64,000 nucleotides of DNA from Chiloscyllium plagiosum (GCF_004010195.1 NC_057754.1:12183356-12247355), one strand, 5' to 3'. Numbered from the stretch's first letter, positions 46,080 through 60,107 are shown. Translations and numbers: made by a program. Notes: generated by a model from the sequence alone, not told the origin.

Positions 46080-48950
46080 ATAACTTACTCTGCAGTTTGA
46101 GAGGGAGACGGTGGAATCAGATGTAATGGTATTACAGTTGACTAAAGGCAACTGCGGAGACATGAGGGGGGAGCTGACCAGACTTGATTGGGAGAAGAAC
46201 CGAACACGAAAGACAGTGAAACAGCAATATTTCTGGAAGTAATTCGAGAGACACAACAGCAATTTATCCCAAGGCAAAAAAAGCGTGGCACAGGGCGGAT
46301 GAGGCAGCCATGGCTGATTAGGGAAGTCTGGGATATTATAATAGCAAAAGATAAAACATCTAATGTGATGAGGGCCAATGGGAGTCCAGGGGATTAGGAA
46401 CAGACAAAACCAACAGAGGACAATGAAGAAGAAAATAAGGAGGGAGAAGATTAAATGTGAAGCTAAGCTAGCCAGTAATATTACGAAAGATTGTAAGAAT
46501 TTGTTAAGATATATAAAGGGCAAAAGAAAGGCAAAAATGGACATTGGGCCATTGGGAAATGGTGCTGGAGAAGTAGTAATCAGAACAATGAAATGGCTGA
46601 GGAAAGAAATAAATATTTTGCATCAGTTTTTATGGTGGAAGACACAAGTAATATCCCAAAACCTCAAGAGAGTCAGAGGAATAGAGATGGATGTGGCGGC
46701 CATCAGCGAGGAGAAGGTGCCAGAAAAATTGAATGGCCTGAAGGTGGATAAACCGTTTGGAAGAGATGGACTGCACCCTGAATTCTGAAGGAGTTGGTGA
46801 AGAGATAATAATGGTTTTAGTGTGATCTTTCAGGTATTATTGTAGTCAGGGAGGGTTTCAGAGAACTAGGAAATCACTAATGTAACCCTCCTGTTTAAGA
46901 AGGGAGTAAGGCAAAAGATGGGAAAGTATAGGGCGATTAGCCTGACCTCAGTAGTTGGTAAGATTTTGGAGTCCATTATGAAGAATGAGATTTCTGAATA
47001 CTTGGAAGTGCCTGGTAAAATAGGGCAACGTCTAAATGGTTTTATCAACAGGAGGTCTTGCCTAACAATCTGTTCGAATTATTTGAGAAGGTAATGGTTC
47101 TTAGTTCCTTGAAAGTGGAGTCGCAGGTAGATAGGATAGTGGAAAAAAAGTTTGGTATAATTTCCTCTATTAGTCAGAGTATTGAGTACAAGAGTTGTGA
47201 CGTCATGTTGTGGCTGTACAGGACATTGGTTAGGCAACTGTTAGAATATTGCATGCAATTCTGGTCTCCTTCGTACTGGAAAGATGTTGTGAAACTTGAA
47301 AGGGTTCAGAAAAGATTTCCAAGGATGTTGCCAGGGTTGGAGGATTTGAGCTATAGGGAGAGGTTGAATAGGCTGGGACTATTTTCCTTGGAGCATTGGA
47401 GATTGAGGGGTTTGTAAAATTATGAGAGGCATGGATAGGACAAATAGACAGTCTTTTCCCTGGGGTGGGGGATTTCAGAACTAGAGGCCATAGGTTTAGG
47501 GTGAGAGGGGAAAGATATAAAAGAGACTTAAGGGACATTTTTTTTCACACAGAGGGTGGTACATGTATAACATGAGCTGCCAGAGGAAGTGGTGGAAGCT
47601 GGTACAATTGCAACATTTAAAAGGCATCTGGATGAATATATCAATAAGAAAGTTTTGGAGGGATATGGCCTGGGTGCTGGCACGTGGGAGTAGATTGGGT
47701 TGGGATATCTGGTCGGTATGGACAAGTTGCACTGAAGAGCATATTTCCGTGCTGCACATCTCTATGACTCTATGACTCTATGAACAGGTTAGACCAAGGA
47801 GACCCAATGGTTGTTGTCTGTCTGGACTTCAAGAAGACCTTTGACAAGGTGCCACACAGGCGTCTGCTGAGTAAGATAAGGGCCTATGGTGTCAGATGCA
47901 TGGTGGTAATATGGATAGGGGATTGCTTTCTGCCGACAGCCAGAGAGTCGGGACAAAAGTGTCCTTGTCAGCATGGCAGCCGGGGCCAGTTGCACTTTAT
48001 ATATGAACAATCTAGCTGAAGGAACTAAGGGCATTCTGGCAAGGTTTGCAGATGGTTCAAAGATAGGTGGAGGGGGAGGTAATATTGAGGAGGCGGGGAG
48101 GCTGTATAAAGATTTAGATAAGTTAAGAGAGTGGGCAAAGAAGTGGCAGGTGGAGTACAATGTGGGAAAATGTGAGGTTATGCACTTTGGTTGGAAGATT
48201 GGAAGCACGGACGATTTTCTAAATGGAGAGAAAAGTTCAGAAATCTGGACCGCATAGGGACTTGGGAGTTCTTGTCTAAGGTAATCCTGCAGGGTGAGTT
48301 AGCAGTTGGGAAGGCAAATACAATGTTGTCATTCACTTAGAGAGGACTAGAATATAAAAGCAGGGATGTACTTCTGAGGCTTTCTGAAGGTCTAGGCAGA
48401 CCACATGTAGAATATTGTGAGCAATTTTGAGCCACATCCCTCAAGAAAACTGTATTGGCCCTGGATTGGGTCCAGGGACGTTCACAAGAATAATCCCAGG
48501 AATGAAAGGCTTAACATAAAAGGATCGTTTGAGGACTCTGGGATTATACTCAATGAAGTTTAGAAGAATGGGGGCGCAGGAAGATTTGATTGAAACTTGC
48601 ATAATACTCAATGGTGTGGACAGGGTGGACATTGGGAAGATGTTACCATTGGTAGGGGAGACTAGGACCCGAGGGAACAGCCTTAGAGTAAAGGGAAGAC
48701 CTTTTAAAACGGGGGTGAGGAGGAACTTCTTCAGCCAAAGAGTGGTGAATCTTTGGAATTCATTGCCATTGAAGGCTGTGGAGGCCAGTTCATTGACTAT
48801 ACTTAAAACAGAGATCGATAAGTTCTTGATTGCCAAGGGGACAAAGGTTATGGGAGAAAGCGGGAAAATGAGTTTGAAAAACCGATCAGCCATGATTGAA
48901 TCGTGGAGCAGACTTGATAAGCCGAATGGCCTATTCAGCGAGGACACATC
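46080..48950 (+). mobile_element. CR1 ORF2 with a nested second CR1 (about 47095-47782)
   Basis: LKVDKPFGRDGLHP; SCLTI|...|NRLDQGDPMVVVCLDFKKTFDKVPH resumes after the nested tail; ARFADGSKIGG. Confidence 0.85.
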
Positions 48951-49487
48951 TTTCTGGGTCACGCTGAGGGGGACAAATGGCAGTTTGATCTTTCTTGTGT
49001 CTCTTCATTGACGGCAAAGCCCTGGTGTTGGTTTATTGTGCAGTGAAGAAGAAATGTGTCCCAGCCACTGTCTCCCATGGCTCAGACTCCTAGATACCGA
49101 ACAGAATCTTGTTTTCAACTTACATTCAGAGGAAGAAACGTTGAATGCTGGAAATGTGCTGAAGCTAAGTAGAAAACTATCATGTGTTCTTGACTGGAAG
49201 TGAACCTGCAGGTTTAGGTTTTATGTACAATCCAAGCAGAGATGGAAATTGTGATTCACCAAGAGTGTGACCATGGGGCAGATTGACAAAATACTAAGTT
49301 TCATTTTTAAATAACCGTGCATCGATTGGTCAATATGGGATATAATAGGATTTAGTTTTTGGTGGTGGAAATTGTTCAGTGCTGAAGTCTTATCTGAAAC
49401 TATTTTCTTCAAGAAAACACACAATCTGTCAGCAGTCAATATTTTTTATAATCCATGTGACTTTTTATAAATTCCTACTTTGGAAAT

Positions 49488-49823
49488 AGAACCAAAATTT
49501 CACCATTACTGTATTGTCTGAGCTGAGATGTCACGTTTTTTACAAAGCCTTAAGTTATCTCGGGAATGTGACTTGAAAAAGGTTGTGGGAATACATATTA
49601 ATGAATCAAAACATGCTAGTCATTCTAAAAGATGAAGGACTTAACAACAATCCAGGTTTGTTCAAAATATCACATCAGTGTATGACACCATGATCTTATA
49701 CGATAAGTTGTGTGCCCTATGATCCTACTCCACAGCTATCTGGCGAAGGAGCAGCGCTCCAAAAGCTAGTACTTCCAAATAAACCTGTTGAATTATAATC
49801 TGGTGTCGTGTGATTTTTGAGTT
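49488..49823 (+). mobile_element. Penelope-like 3' end, same family as the promoter insert
   Basis: 49726-49823 aligns with 1041-1136, including CTGGCGA-AGGAGCAGCGCTCC-AAAAGCTA. Confidence 0.7.
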
Positions 49824-50050
49824 CTCACTCGTATGAATAATCTGAGGCCCCTTGTACACTGCCAAACAAATTTTAAAAATCCTATCCTTGTTTTGAAATT
49901 CCTCCATGATCTTCCCTCTCTATTTCCACATGCTCCATATCTTTCCCCACAGAGAGAGCAGAGAAACTTGAAACTGACAAAACAGTCAAACGCTGGTCAT
50001 ATTCACCTTCTGATTCTTCAATTGTGACAGGACAGAGGGGAGAGGGGCAG

Positions 50051-50490
50051 CTCACCGACAGTTGTCGCGCTGGCCCCAGTCCCCAGTTGGTTTCCCTGGA
50101 AACCTTGGCTCCAGCAGGGGGAAGGACAAGAATGTTTGGGGGAGGGGCACTCGTGTCCACGTTCCTTGAACCCATAGACTTCACTGCCGAGCTCAGCGAT
50201 TCATACTGGCTTTGTTAGGCAATCCACACCCCTCCATTGTGAGTGCAAAACGCAGATGTTGCATTTCAGATTAAGCCTTCTTCCTCTGGACAACATCTGG
50301 AAGCAAAGCAATGTCTCCCTTGTCCATTGCTTATCTCATCCCAGGAGGGAGAGACTGTGCAACATCTGGGAGCGACGCAACGCCACGCCCCTTCCATTCC
50401 TTTTCTCATACTGGGAGGGAAAGAAGGGGAGAAAGCGTTCACTTGCAGGAATGGAAGAAAGTGGAAGTGAATCCAGGGAGGGGGCGTAAT
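50051..50490 (-). promoter_or_regulatory. Putative promoter / first exon for a minus-strand transcript
   Basis: Local CpG retention, CCACGCCCC GC box (about 50382), donor CG|GTGAG at 50055. Confidence 0.3.
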
Positions 50491-50899
50491 CTGGAAATAT
50501 TGTTTCAATATGTCTCTTTAAGTTGTTGTCATTATTTGTTCTCTCATCTTCACACATTTATTTGCCTGGCAAAAAGTTTGGCCTCTTTCCTCATTTTCAT
50601 GATTGTAGGATTTCAATCGGAGATGGTCAACATTTAAGAGGCAGTGAAATATTAGAAATAAAGCCAAAATTCCATTTTCTTTCTTTATAATTTGCAGCAC
50701 CGTGCATTAGGTATTGTTATTTGAGGTCTAACTGTGAAACGAGCAACATTTGGCAAAATAGTCTTGCTGCTAAAATCCCCATTGACAATCCAGGACTGTG
50801 TCACAGAATATGCTGATGGGAAAAATAAGTAACCTTCCTTACATGGCTTGTGCACGAACCACAAACCTTATAGTTAACAGTTGAATGTAAAGATGAGTT

Positions 50900-52700
50900 G
50901 TCCATTCCAAATATGTCGCTTCTTACTGATCCAGACTGACTTTCATTTCTCACCGATCAGCCAATCTGACCAGCCTGTCTATATCCTCCTCAACATTTAC
51001 CACCCATTACGCATGCATCATCTGCAAACTAACTGATCAAGCCTCCTACATTCAACATTTATACAAACTATAAGCAGCAAGGGCGCAACACTGGCCAACG
51101 TGGGAACCCAATGGACACAGACATACAGCCAGAAAAATAAAAATCAACCATCACCCTCTGCTTCCTGCCACTCAGCCGATTGTGGTTCCAATTTGCAAAA
51201 TTGCAATCGATTCCTTTGCTATCAGTCTCCCATGCAATACCTTATCAAAAGCCTCACAGATGTCCAAAGAGGCAACATCAAAAGTATTGCCCTCACTGAC
51301 ACAGCTGGATACCTCATCAAAACATTGAATCAAGTTGGTCAGGCGTGAACTCCACTCAAAATAAAACGCATGCTGATTGTTATTGATTAACCCTGCCTCT
51401 CCAAATACAAATTAGCTTTATCCCTCAGACTTACTTCCAAAAGTCTGCCCACTACCAAGATGTGACTGACTGGCTTGCAGTTTCTTGGTTTCTCCCTTGC
51501 TCCCTTCTTGAATGAAAGGTCCACTTTGACTGTCCTTAGTCCTCTAGCACCTTTCCTGTGGTCATTGGGGACTCTAACTCTCATCTCACACACTCACTCA
51601 CTCTTTGCTAATTTCTTTACATTCTAGCACAGGAATCTCTCTATCATCTTTGTCACTTGTGAACACTGACACATAGTATTAATTTAGAACCAGACCTAAA
51701 TCCTCTTCTCCCATACACAGATTGCCATTGTGATCCTTACTGATTCCTCCATTATCCTTTAACAATTAATGTACCTGTAAAACAACTGAACATTTTCCTT
51801 TATTTTACCTGGCAGTATCAATTCCTGTTCCCGTTATAGCTCGTCTTATCTCATCACTTAATTTTCCTTTTGCAAATTGAATGTATCTGCTCCCAGTTTT
51901 CAATCTGGCCAAAACAGATCGGGTCTGATTAAAATCACCTAATTTAAAACTTTGATTGCAGGCCCATCCTTGTCTATTTCTATGACAATCCCGAATCCTT
52001 TCAAAAAGAGTTCTGATAATTGTCTGCAAAATTCTCCTTCACTGATACTTACTCCATTTGTTTGCCTTGGTTACCTAAAGTTAAGTCCAAGACCTCCTCC
52101 TTCCTTACTGGCACTTCTACATCCTGGCTGGAAAAGCTGTACGGGATCATTTTTCTTTAAAATCCTCTATGACGACCACAGATAATGTTGGGAAAGTTGA
52201 AGTTCCCCACTATCATGAACCTAGTACAGTCACACTTCCCTGAAAGTTGGGTCCTTTTACATGCTCTTCTAGTTACATCCAATCGGCTTTAGTTAAGGGG
52301 TTTTCTAAACTGTAATAAACTCCCTGAACATAATTGTGACACCTCTTCCTCATCCCTCACTGTCTTGCACGAAGACGCTGTATCCTGGAGTATTAAGCTT
52401 CCAATTCTGCCTCTCTCTTAGTTATGCTTCAGTGACAGCAATGTCATCATACTCCCAGGTTTTAATTTGTATCCCCAATTCATCTGCCTTGTTCATCAAA
52501 CTCATAGCATTAAAATCAATGCAATTCAAGCAGATCAAACTCCCTTGAACCTTAACTGGTCTGTAATGTTGATGACTTCCCCACTCACTTGTTGATTCTT
52601 CTTTTTTCTTCTTAACATTTTGGACATTCTCTCTGGACCCCATCCCCTTGCCAACTTAGGTTGCTCGCGGCCCAACGGCACTAGTAACTAAATTTGCAGG
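50900..52700 (-). mobile_element. Degenerate CR1 ORF2
   Basis: FNAMSLMNKADEL...YDDIAVTE (EN N-terminus) and FKKGAREKPRNCKPVS. Confidence 0.75.
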
Positions 52701-53224
52701 CTATATCTCACTCTGGATATGCCTTCTCCCAACTGCTCATCTGAAGGGGGACACATGATTATCTTATGTCTAAGGCATTCAGAATGAGGCAGACTGGATG
52801 CAACATAGTTTTAACAAATAAAAATAATTTGTATTATTTTAATCCCAAATAAGTCACTGAACCTGTATTATTTATAAACATTAGAAACATATCCAGAGAA
52901 CATGATGTGGATATAGATAACAATAGCATTAAAATGCAACTCTGGTAGTTACCAGGGAACTCATTGCTGTTTAACTAGTTCTGATGAACCACAAAATCAC
53001 TTTACAAACAAAATGCAGGTGGACAGTCTTTACCCAGTGTAATGGTGTTGATGTACAGCAACAGTGATCATTTTCGAAACCTACTATACAGATACATATT
53101 GTATCAACGTGTTATCTACAAAATCAGTACCTTTAATAGAGCAGGGTTTAATAATATCAATGCAAATGATCCAATGACAAAGATTCATTGCCTGATGTAA
53201 GGAAAAGCAAAACACTTCACTTGC

Positions 53225-53416
53225 GGTTCTTTGTAAATTTCCTGATGCGTTTGCAAACAACAAATCCTTTTACACAAACAGAGCAGGAGAATGGGATCCA
53301 CGCAGTGCTACTTCACCGCTGTGTTAGAAGTTTGGATGGCAGAGTGACTCCCTTCCCACATACGGGATAGGCGAATGGTCTGTCCCCAGACTAAACATGC
53401 TGATGTGTCAGCAGGT
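53225..53416 (-). pseudogene. Degenerate C2H2 ZNF 3' end
   Basis: Minus strand LLTHQHV*SGDRPFAYPVCGKGVTLPSKLLTQR*SSTAWIPFSCSVCVKGF../LQTHQEIYKEP; cut upstream by CR1. Confidence 0.7.
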
Positions 53417-53419
53417 GAG

Positions 53420-56400
53420 TTCGGAAATAGGGCTGGACAGGTGATGGAGGTGACAGTGGGGGATCACTTTGGGACCAGTTACCATACCTCGATTAATTAT
53501 AAAACAATTATGGAGAGGGACAAAGCAGATTCAAGTTATTGATTAGGACAAGGTGAACTTTGATGGAATTAGACAGGAGTTTTCAGAGGTTGATTGGAGT
53601 AGTTAAATTGCAGTCAAGGGACTGCTGGCAAGTGGGAAGCCTTCAAAAGTGAGATAGCTGGAATTCAAGGTATATATGTTCCTGTGAGGGTGAAAGACAA
53701 GATTGACAACAATAGGGATCTTTGGATGACAAGAGGCATTGAGGCTTTGACCAGAAAAAGAAAGGTATGGCTCAGGTACAGGCAGTTGGCATCAAGATAA
53801 TCCCTGGAGGTATATGGGGATATAGGAGTTTACTGAAGAAGGAAATCAGGAGGGCAAAAAGGGGCAAGAGTTGGCATAAGTAGTGAAGATGTGTTGGGTA
53901 TGATGGAGGTTATTAAGGTGGACAAATGCCCAGGACCGGATTGGATATACCCCAGGTTGCTGAGGGAGGCGAGAGAGGAAATAGCTCGGGCCCTGACAGA
54001 TATTTTTGTAGCATCCTTAAATACAGGTGAGGTGCCGGAGTACTGGAGGGTTGTTCATGTTGTCCCCCTGTACAAGATGGGTAGTAGGGAAATTCCGGGT
54101 AACTACAGACCAGTGAACCTGACGTCGGTGGTGGGGAAGTTGCTGGAAAGGGTACTAAGAGATAGGATCTATTTCTATTTAGAGAAGAATGAGCTTATCA
54201 GTGATAGACAACATGGTTTTGTGCGGGGGAGATCGTGTCTTACCAACTCAGTAGAGTTCTTCGAGGAAGTGACGAAGTTGTTAGATGAAGGAAGGGCTGT
54301 TGATGTCATATACATGGACTTTAGTAAGGCATTAAATAATGTTCCCCATTGTAGACTAATGGAGAAAGTGAAGTTACATGATGTGCATAGTGTTCTAGCT
54401 AGGTGGAAAAAGAATTGGTTGAGCAACAGGAGACAGAGAGTAGTAGTTGAAGGGAGTTTCTCAAAATGGAGAAAGGTGGCCAGTGGTGTTCCACAGGGGT
54501 CAGTATTGGGGCCATTGTTGTTTGTAATAGACATAAATGATCTAGAAGAGGGCACTGCTGGTATGATCAGCAAGTTTGCAGTTGACACAAAAATTGGTGG
54601 AGTAGCAGAAAGCATAAGGGACTGTCAGAGAATACAGGAAGATAAAGATAGACTGGAGAGTTGTGCGGAAAAGTGGCAGATGGATTTCAATCCAGACAAA
54701 TGTAAGGTGATGTATTTAGGCAAGTCTAATTCTAGAGCGAATTATACAATGAATGGAAGGTCCATTGTATCCTGAAGGTTGCTGCATAGGTGGATAGAGT
54801 GGTCAAGAGGGCATATAGTATGCCTGCCTTCATTGGACAGAGTTTTGAGTATAAGAGCTGGCAAGTCATGTTAAAATCGTACAAGACATTGGTTCGGCCA
54901 CATTTAGAATATGGTGTACAGTTCTGGTCGCCACATTACCAAAAGGATGTGGATGCTTTGGAGAGGGTGCAGAGAAGGTTTATGAGGATGTTGCCTGGTA
55001 TGGAAGTTGCTAGCTATGAAGAGAGAGGTTGAATAGGTTAGGTTTATTTTCACAAGAGAAAAAAGAGATTGGGGGGGACCTGATTAAGGCTTACAAAATC
55101 ATGAAGGGTGGATAGAGACAAGCTTTTTTCCCAGGGTGAAGGATTCAACAACGAGAGGTCATGCTTTCAAGGTGAGAGGTGGAAAGTTTAAGGGAGTGCA
55201 CGCGGCAGGTACTTCATACAAAGTGTGGTGGGCGTTTGGAACGCGTTGCCACAGAGGTGGTCGAGGCAGGTACGGTAGATTCATTTAAGATGCGTCTGGA
55301 CAGATGCATGAGTAGGTGGGGAGCAAAGGGATACAAATGCTTAGGAACTGACTGACATGTTTAAACATTACAGTTGGATCGGTTCAGGCTTGAAGGGCCG
55401 AAGGGCCTGTTCCTGGGCTGTTTTCTTTGTTCTTTGTTCTAGATAGACTTGGCTGAGAAGATTAAGGTGAATTCCAAAAGATTATTTCAGTATTTTAAAG
55501 GCAAAAAAAACTCGGGAGAGAATATGACTCCTCAAGAACCAAAGTGGACATGTATGTATAGAACCATAGGAAGTGGGTGAGGTTCCCAATGAATATTTCT
55601 CCTCTGTGTTTACCACTAATTTCTTGTGGAAATTAGTGATGATATCTTTGGAACACGCCATATCACAGTAGATGAGGTGTTAGATGTATTCAAATGTATG
55701 AAGTTAGATAAATCTACTGGTCCTGATCAGATATATCCAAGGACACTGCAAGAGTCTCGAGAAGAACTTAAGGGGGCTCTGGCTGATATTTTTGCATCAT
55801 CATTGTGAGGTCCTTGAAGACTGGAGGGTAGCAAATATTTTGCCCTTATTCAAGAAGGGCTGCTTATAAATACCTGGCCTCTAGAGATCTGTAAGCTTAA
55901 CATTCCCTGGTACGTAAGTTACTTGAGAAGATTCTGAGGGATAAGATATACATGAATTTGGAAAGACAGAGTTTGATTAGGAGTAATCAGCATGAATTTG
56001 TGTGTTATAGATTATGCCTCACAAATTTGTTCGAGTACTTTGACGAAGTGACCAGAATGGTTACAAGGGCAGGGCGGTAGGTGAAGTCTACATGGATTTC
56101 AGTAAGGCCTCTGATAAGATTCCACATGGTCAGCTGGTCTGGAAGGTTAGATCGCATGGAATCCAGGTACATCTGGCAAATGAACACACAATTGGCTTGA
56201 TTTTAGAAAGCAGAGGATAACGGTGGAAGGATGCTTGTCAGACTGGAGGCCTGCGACTAGTGGAGTGCCTCATGGGTCGGTGCTGAGCCCATTACTATTT
56301 GTTATCTACATCAATAATTTGGATGAGAATGAACAAGGCATGATTAGTAAGTATCCAGATGATATTAAAATAGGACGGTATCTTGGACAGTAAGGAAGGT

Positions 56401-57260
56401 TGTCAGAAATTCCAGCAGGACCTTGATCAGCTGGGGAAGTGGGTTTAGAAATGGTACACGGAGTTGAATATAATAAGTGTCAGGTCTTTTGCATTTTGGA
56501 AAGTCAAATCAAGGCAGGAATTTCATGATGAATGGCACGGAGTATAGTGGAACAGAGGCACCTTGAAGTTCAGGTGCACGGTTCTCTGAAAGTGGAGTCA
56601 CAGGTAGACAGGGCAGTGAAGAAGGCTTTGGGTACACTGGCCTTCATCAGTCGGGGCATTGAGTATAGAAGTTGGAAAGTTATGTTGGAGTTGTACAGGA
56701 CGTTGGTGAGGCTGCACTTGGAACATTATGCTCAGTTTTGGTCACCTTGGCTTAGGACAGATGTTATTACACTGGAAAGAGTGCAGAATAAATTTACGAC
56801 GAAGTTGCCAGGACGCAAGGGACCGAGTTATAGGGACAAGATAGGACATTTTCCTTTAGAGTGTAGGAGGCTGAGGGAGAGACCTTGTAGAAGTGCATAA
56901 ATCATGAGAGCGTGGATAGGATGAATGCACTCGGTATCTTTCACAGGGTTGGGAAACAAGGACTAGAGGACATCAGTTTAGGTTTACAAGGGAAAGAATA
57001 AAAGGGAGCCTGAGGGGCAATTTGTTTACACAGCGCGTAATACATATGGCACACATATGGAATGAGCCGCTAGTGAAAGTGGTTGAGGTGCATGACAACA
57101 TTTAAAAGGCATTTAGATAAATGCATGGATAGGAAAGGATTAGAAGCATATGGGCCACATGATGGGAAATGGCGTTAGCGTGGACAGGCATTTTGGTTGA
57201 CATGGGCCAGTTTGGGTCAAAGGGCCTGTCTCTGTGCTTATAGACTGTATGACTCTATGA
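53420..57260 (+). mobile_element. CR1 ORF2 with nested younger CR1 (about 53882-55440)
   Basis: Outer element AGGAGGGCAAAAAGGGG...|AGATAGACTTGGCTGAGAAGATTAAGG resumes after the TCTTTGTTCT tail. Inner RT ORF 53891-54775. Confidence 0.9.
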
Positions 57261-57589
57261 GTGAATGTTTTTTTCCCAGTGTGAGACAATTAGATTATTA
57301 CAGAGTGACTGTCATATCTGGATGTGGTTTCGTTTGAAATCTCTCATTGCAAAACAACCTGTCAAACAGAAAACAAATGTATTAGGAGAAACCATAAAAA
57401 CACATAGGGTGTGAAACTAAGAGAAATTAATCTGGTCACTTGTGGAGATGATACTTAAGGAAACTAGTGGATGATCATTAAAACTGAATAGGCTCATAAA
57501 TGACATTCAGGGAGGGAAACGTGAATGTTTTCACAAAACTACTGAAGGAGGTAGAGGAATGTTCCACCCACAGAATGTAGGAGGTAAGG

Positions 57590-57835
57590 GTCACCAGCAG
57601 TGTTCCTGCTGACTGTATCTATGGGAAGTGCAGATGCACTTAAACTCTTCGGAAACCGCGTTAGGGAATGGAAGCTGGAGCTGAATGAACTTCAGATCAT
57701 TAGGGAGACGGAGGGAGGCTTTGAGAGGAGTTACAGGGACGTCGCCACACCACAGGCAAAACATAAAGGTAGATGGGTTACCATCAGGGAACGGAAAGGG
57801 AACCGGAAGGCAGTGCAGGGATCCCCCAGTGCAGT
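57590..57835 (+). mobile_element. CR1 ORF1 fragment
   Basis: RVREWKLELNELQIIRETEG..ERSYRDVATP...WVTIR. Confidence 0.7.
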
Positions 57836-58654
57836 GCATAATTAATCCTGGGATTAAATTATGAGTTTCTTTCCTGCCGAAAAGACTGTTTCCACACTGT
57901 ATGGATTCTGAAATTTAGGGATGGAAAACTTGAATTCTAATTAGTAAAAATGCCTCGATTTACAGCAGTACAAGGTGTGAATGTAAAATTATTGAAAATA
58001 AAAATCTTATAGAAATTATGAAACTTTTTCTCGTGGAAGAATAGAACACGATACCACACGGCCATCTGGGAAGTGTAACCATTGCAGTTTAAGTCAAAGT
58101 AACGGAATATATTCAATTACTATGTAAAATGTACAGACTTGTGGAGAGAACAAAAAAAAACCTTGAGGAATCCTTTCAGGTGAATTACCCTGTACAAGGA
58201 CGCTACATGTTAGACAGAGGTGATGACAACGTAATTCCATTTTCATAATTCATTTCCCCAGTAATGTTCGCTTTTCTTGTTCAACAGGGCACATCTGGCA
58301 GCGAGGGCTGGCCAAAGCTTATGCTAACTCAATGATCAATTCTATTGGGTTTTCATGGTTTGATAATGTTTGCAGACAAAAGAAACAGTACCCCTCCTCT
58401 CTCATTCTGCTGTCATTACATATCATGATATTGAACAAACGCCAGGCAACATGGCCGTCATCAAAGTGTCTGTCCTCAGAACATGACCTGGTCACAATGG
58501 CAATGAGATTGTAAAGTGACCCCCATTTGCTAATGGAGAAAAGCCTCACAAGTACGTTTGCTTCACCACATGCACAATACCATGGCAATTTCCAACTCAA
58601 TGTCACACAACGTGAAATGAAATGAAAATAACTTCTAAATGTTCAATTGTTCAG

Positions 58655-59557
58655 TTACTTGCATCGTCGAATGAAATCCAGAAGTGTCGAAAATGGATAC
58701 ATAAGCATATTCTTCAAATGTCCTCTGAATTGTGGTTGGATGACAGTATAAACACAAGCGTTTGTGCAGCAGGCCGATATTTGTAGAATGAAGCCTGCTT
58801 CAAGTACAACGAAAGGTATATTTATCATGTTGCTATTCAACTTGTATATTCGTTTCCACAAACAGAACAGCGTTGTCAAAGCACTGAGCAGAACGAAAGT
58901 TCCTGAGATAACAAATAGGAAAATAATATCTTTCCTTCGACTTTTCCCCTCTGAATCTCCATAAGCCTCCAAAATTCTATGAGCCTGCAGCCTTTTGCGG
59001 TTTTGTCTGCTCATTAAAACCTGTCTGATAGTGAAAACGTAGAGCAGTGCAATAAGCACGAATGGAACTACCAGTGATAGAACGTGATGCAAGAACTCTA
59101 TTGCTGCCCAAACGAAAGAGAATTGGACTTCCTTTTTCATGACACAAAACAACGGTGTATTCCACGTTTTGTAGGAACCCGTTAGCATGAAATATCAGCT
59201 GACGTTTTTTAAACAGCATAGTACTCCAAGTGTTCCAAGAACGATATCTGCCGTCTTTATGGTGCAATATTTACTTCTCCACTTCCTGGAAGAGATGGTA
59301 ACAAATCGATCGAAAGTAAAAGCAACAGTAAACCAGACAGATGCATCTGTGGCCGTATTTATCAATGTAGCATGTATATTACACATGGGGATGTTCCGTA
59401 GGAAAAGGAAATGTTCAATATAGACAAGTACAATATGTCTTAATATCAAGTCCAAGATAATAATAAGTAGGTCCGCCGCTGCCATAGCCACGATATATGG
59501 TACATTTGGAGAGACCACATTTTCGCCGACTCAGTATCACAACTGTTAGTATATTAA
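58655..59557 (-). pseudogene. Class A GPCR, GPR139/GPR142-like, terminal coding exon (disabled)
   Basis: Acceptor CCCCTAACAG| then VNILTVVILSRRKCGLSKC..YIVAMAAADLL...SVWFTVAFTFDRFVTI...SACCTNACVY. Net 5-bp deletion at about 59495 relative to the duplicate copy; in-frame TGA at 59195-59197. Exon 1 was not found in the window. Confidence 0.85.
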
Positions 59558-59779
59558 CTGTTAGGGGAGAAAAAAGAGGAATTGTGCGTTACTTTGCATC
59601 GTCTTTCATCTGTTTGAATACCATGATAGTTTCACTTCTTTCATGTGTAAATCACAAAACCTTTTTTTAAAAAGTCGCATTCTCAGGTTAGCTGTTAACA
59701 ATGGTGATAGCTAGACAATCACTTCTGCTCTTTGGATGCTGTCTGACCTGATGTGCTTTTCCAGCTCTACATGTTTTTT

Positions 59780-60100
59780 TTAGATTAGATTAGATTACTT
59801 ACAGTGTGGAAACAGGCCCTTCGGCCCAACAAGTCCACACCGACCCGCCGAAGCGCAACCCATCCATACCCCTATCTTTACCCCTTTAACCTAACACTAC
59901 GGGCAATTTAGCATGGCCAATTCACCTGACCCGCACATCTTTTGGACTGTGGGAGGAAACCGGAGCACCCGGAGGAAACCCACGCAGACACGGGGAGAAT
60001 GTGCAAACTCCACACAGTCAGTCGCCTGAGTCGGGAATTGAACCCGGGTCTACAGGCGCTGTGAGGCAGCAGTGCTAACCACTGGGCCACCGTGCCGCCC
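59780..60100 (-). mobile_element. HE1-type SINE (young, CpG-intact)
   Basis: GGGCGGCACGGTGGCCCAGTGGTTAGCACTGCTGCCTCACAGCGCC head and (TAATC)n tail. Confidence 0.92.
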
Positions 60101-60107
60101 ACTATAT

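Noticed and set aside
53891..54775. 294-aa RT ORF as an active or domesticated gene
   Set aside because: The catalytic FADD is FAVD, the element is 5'-truncated and has a downstream deletion and stops.
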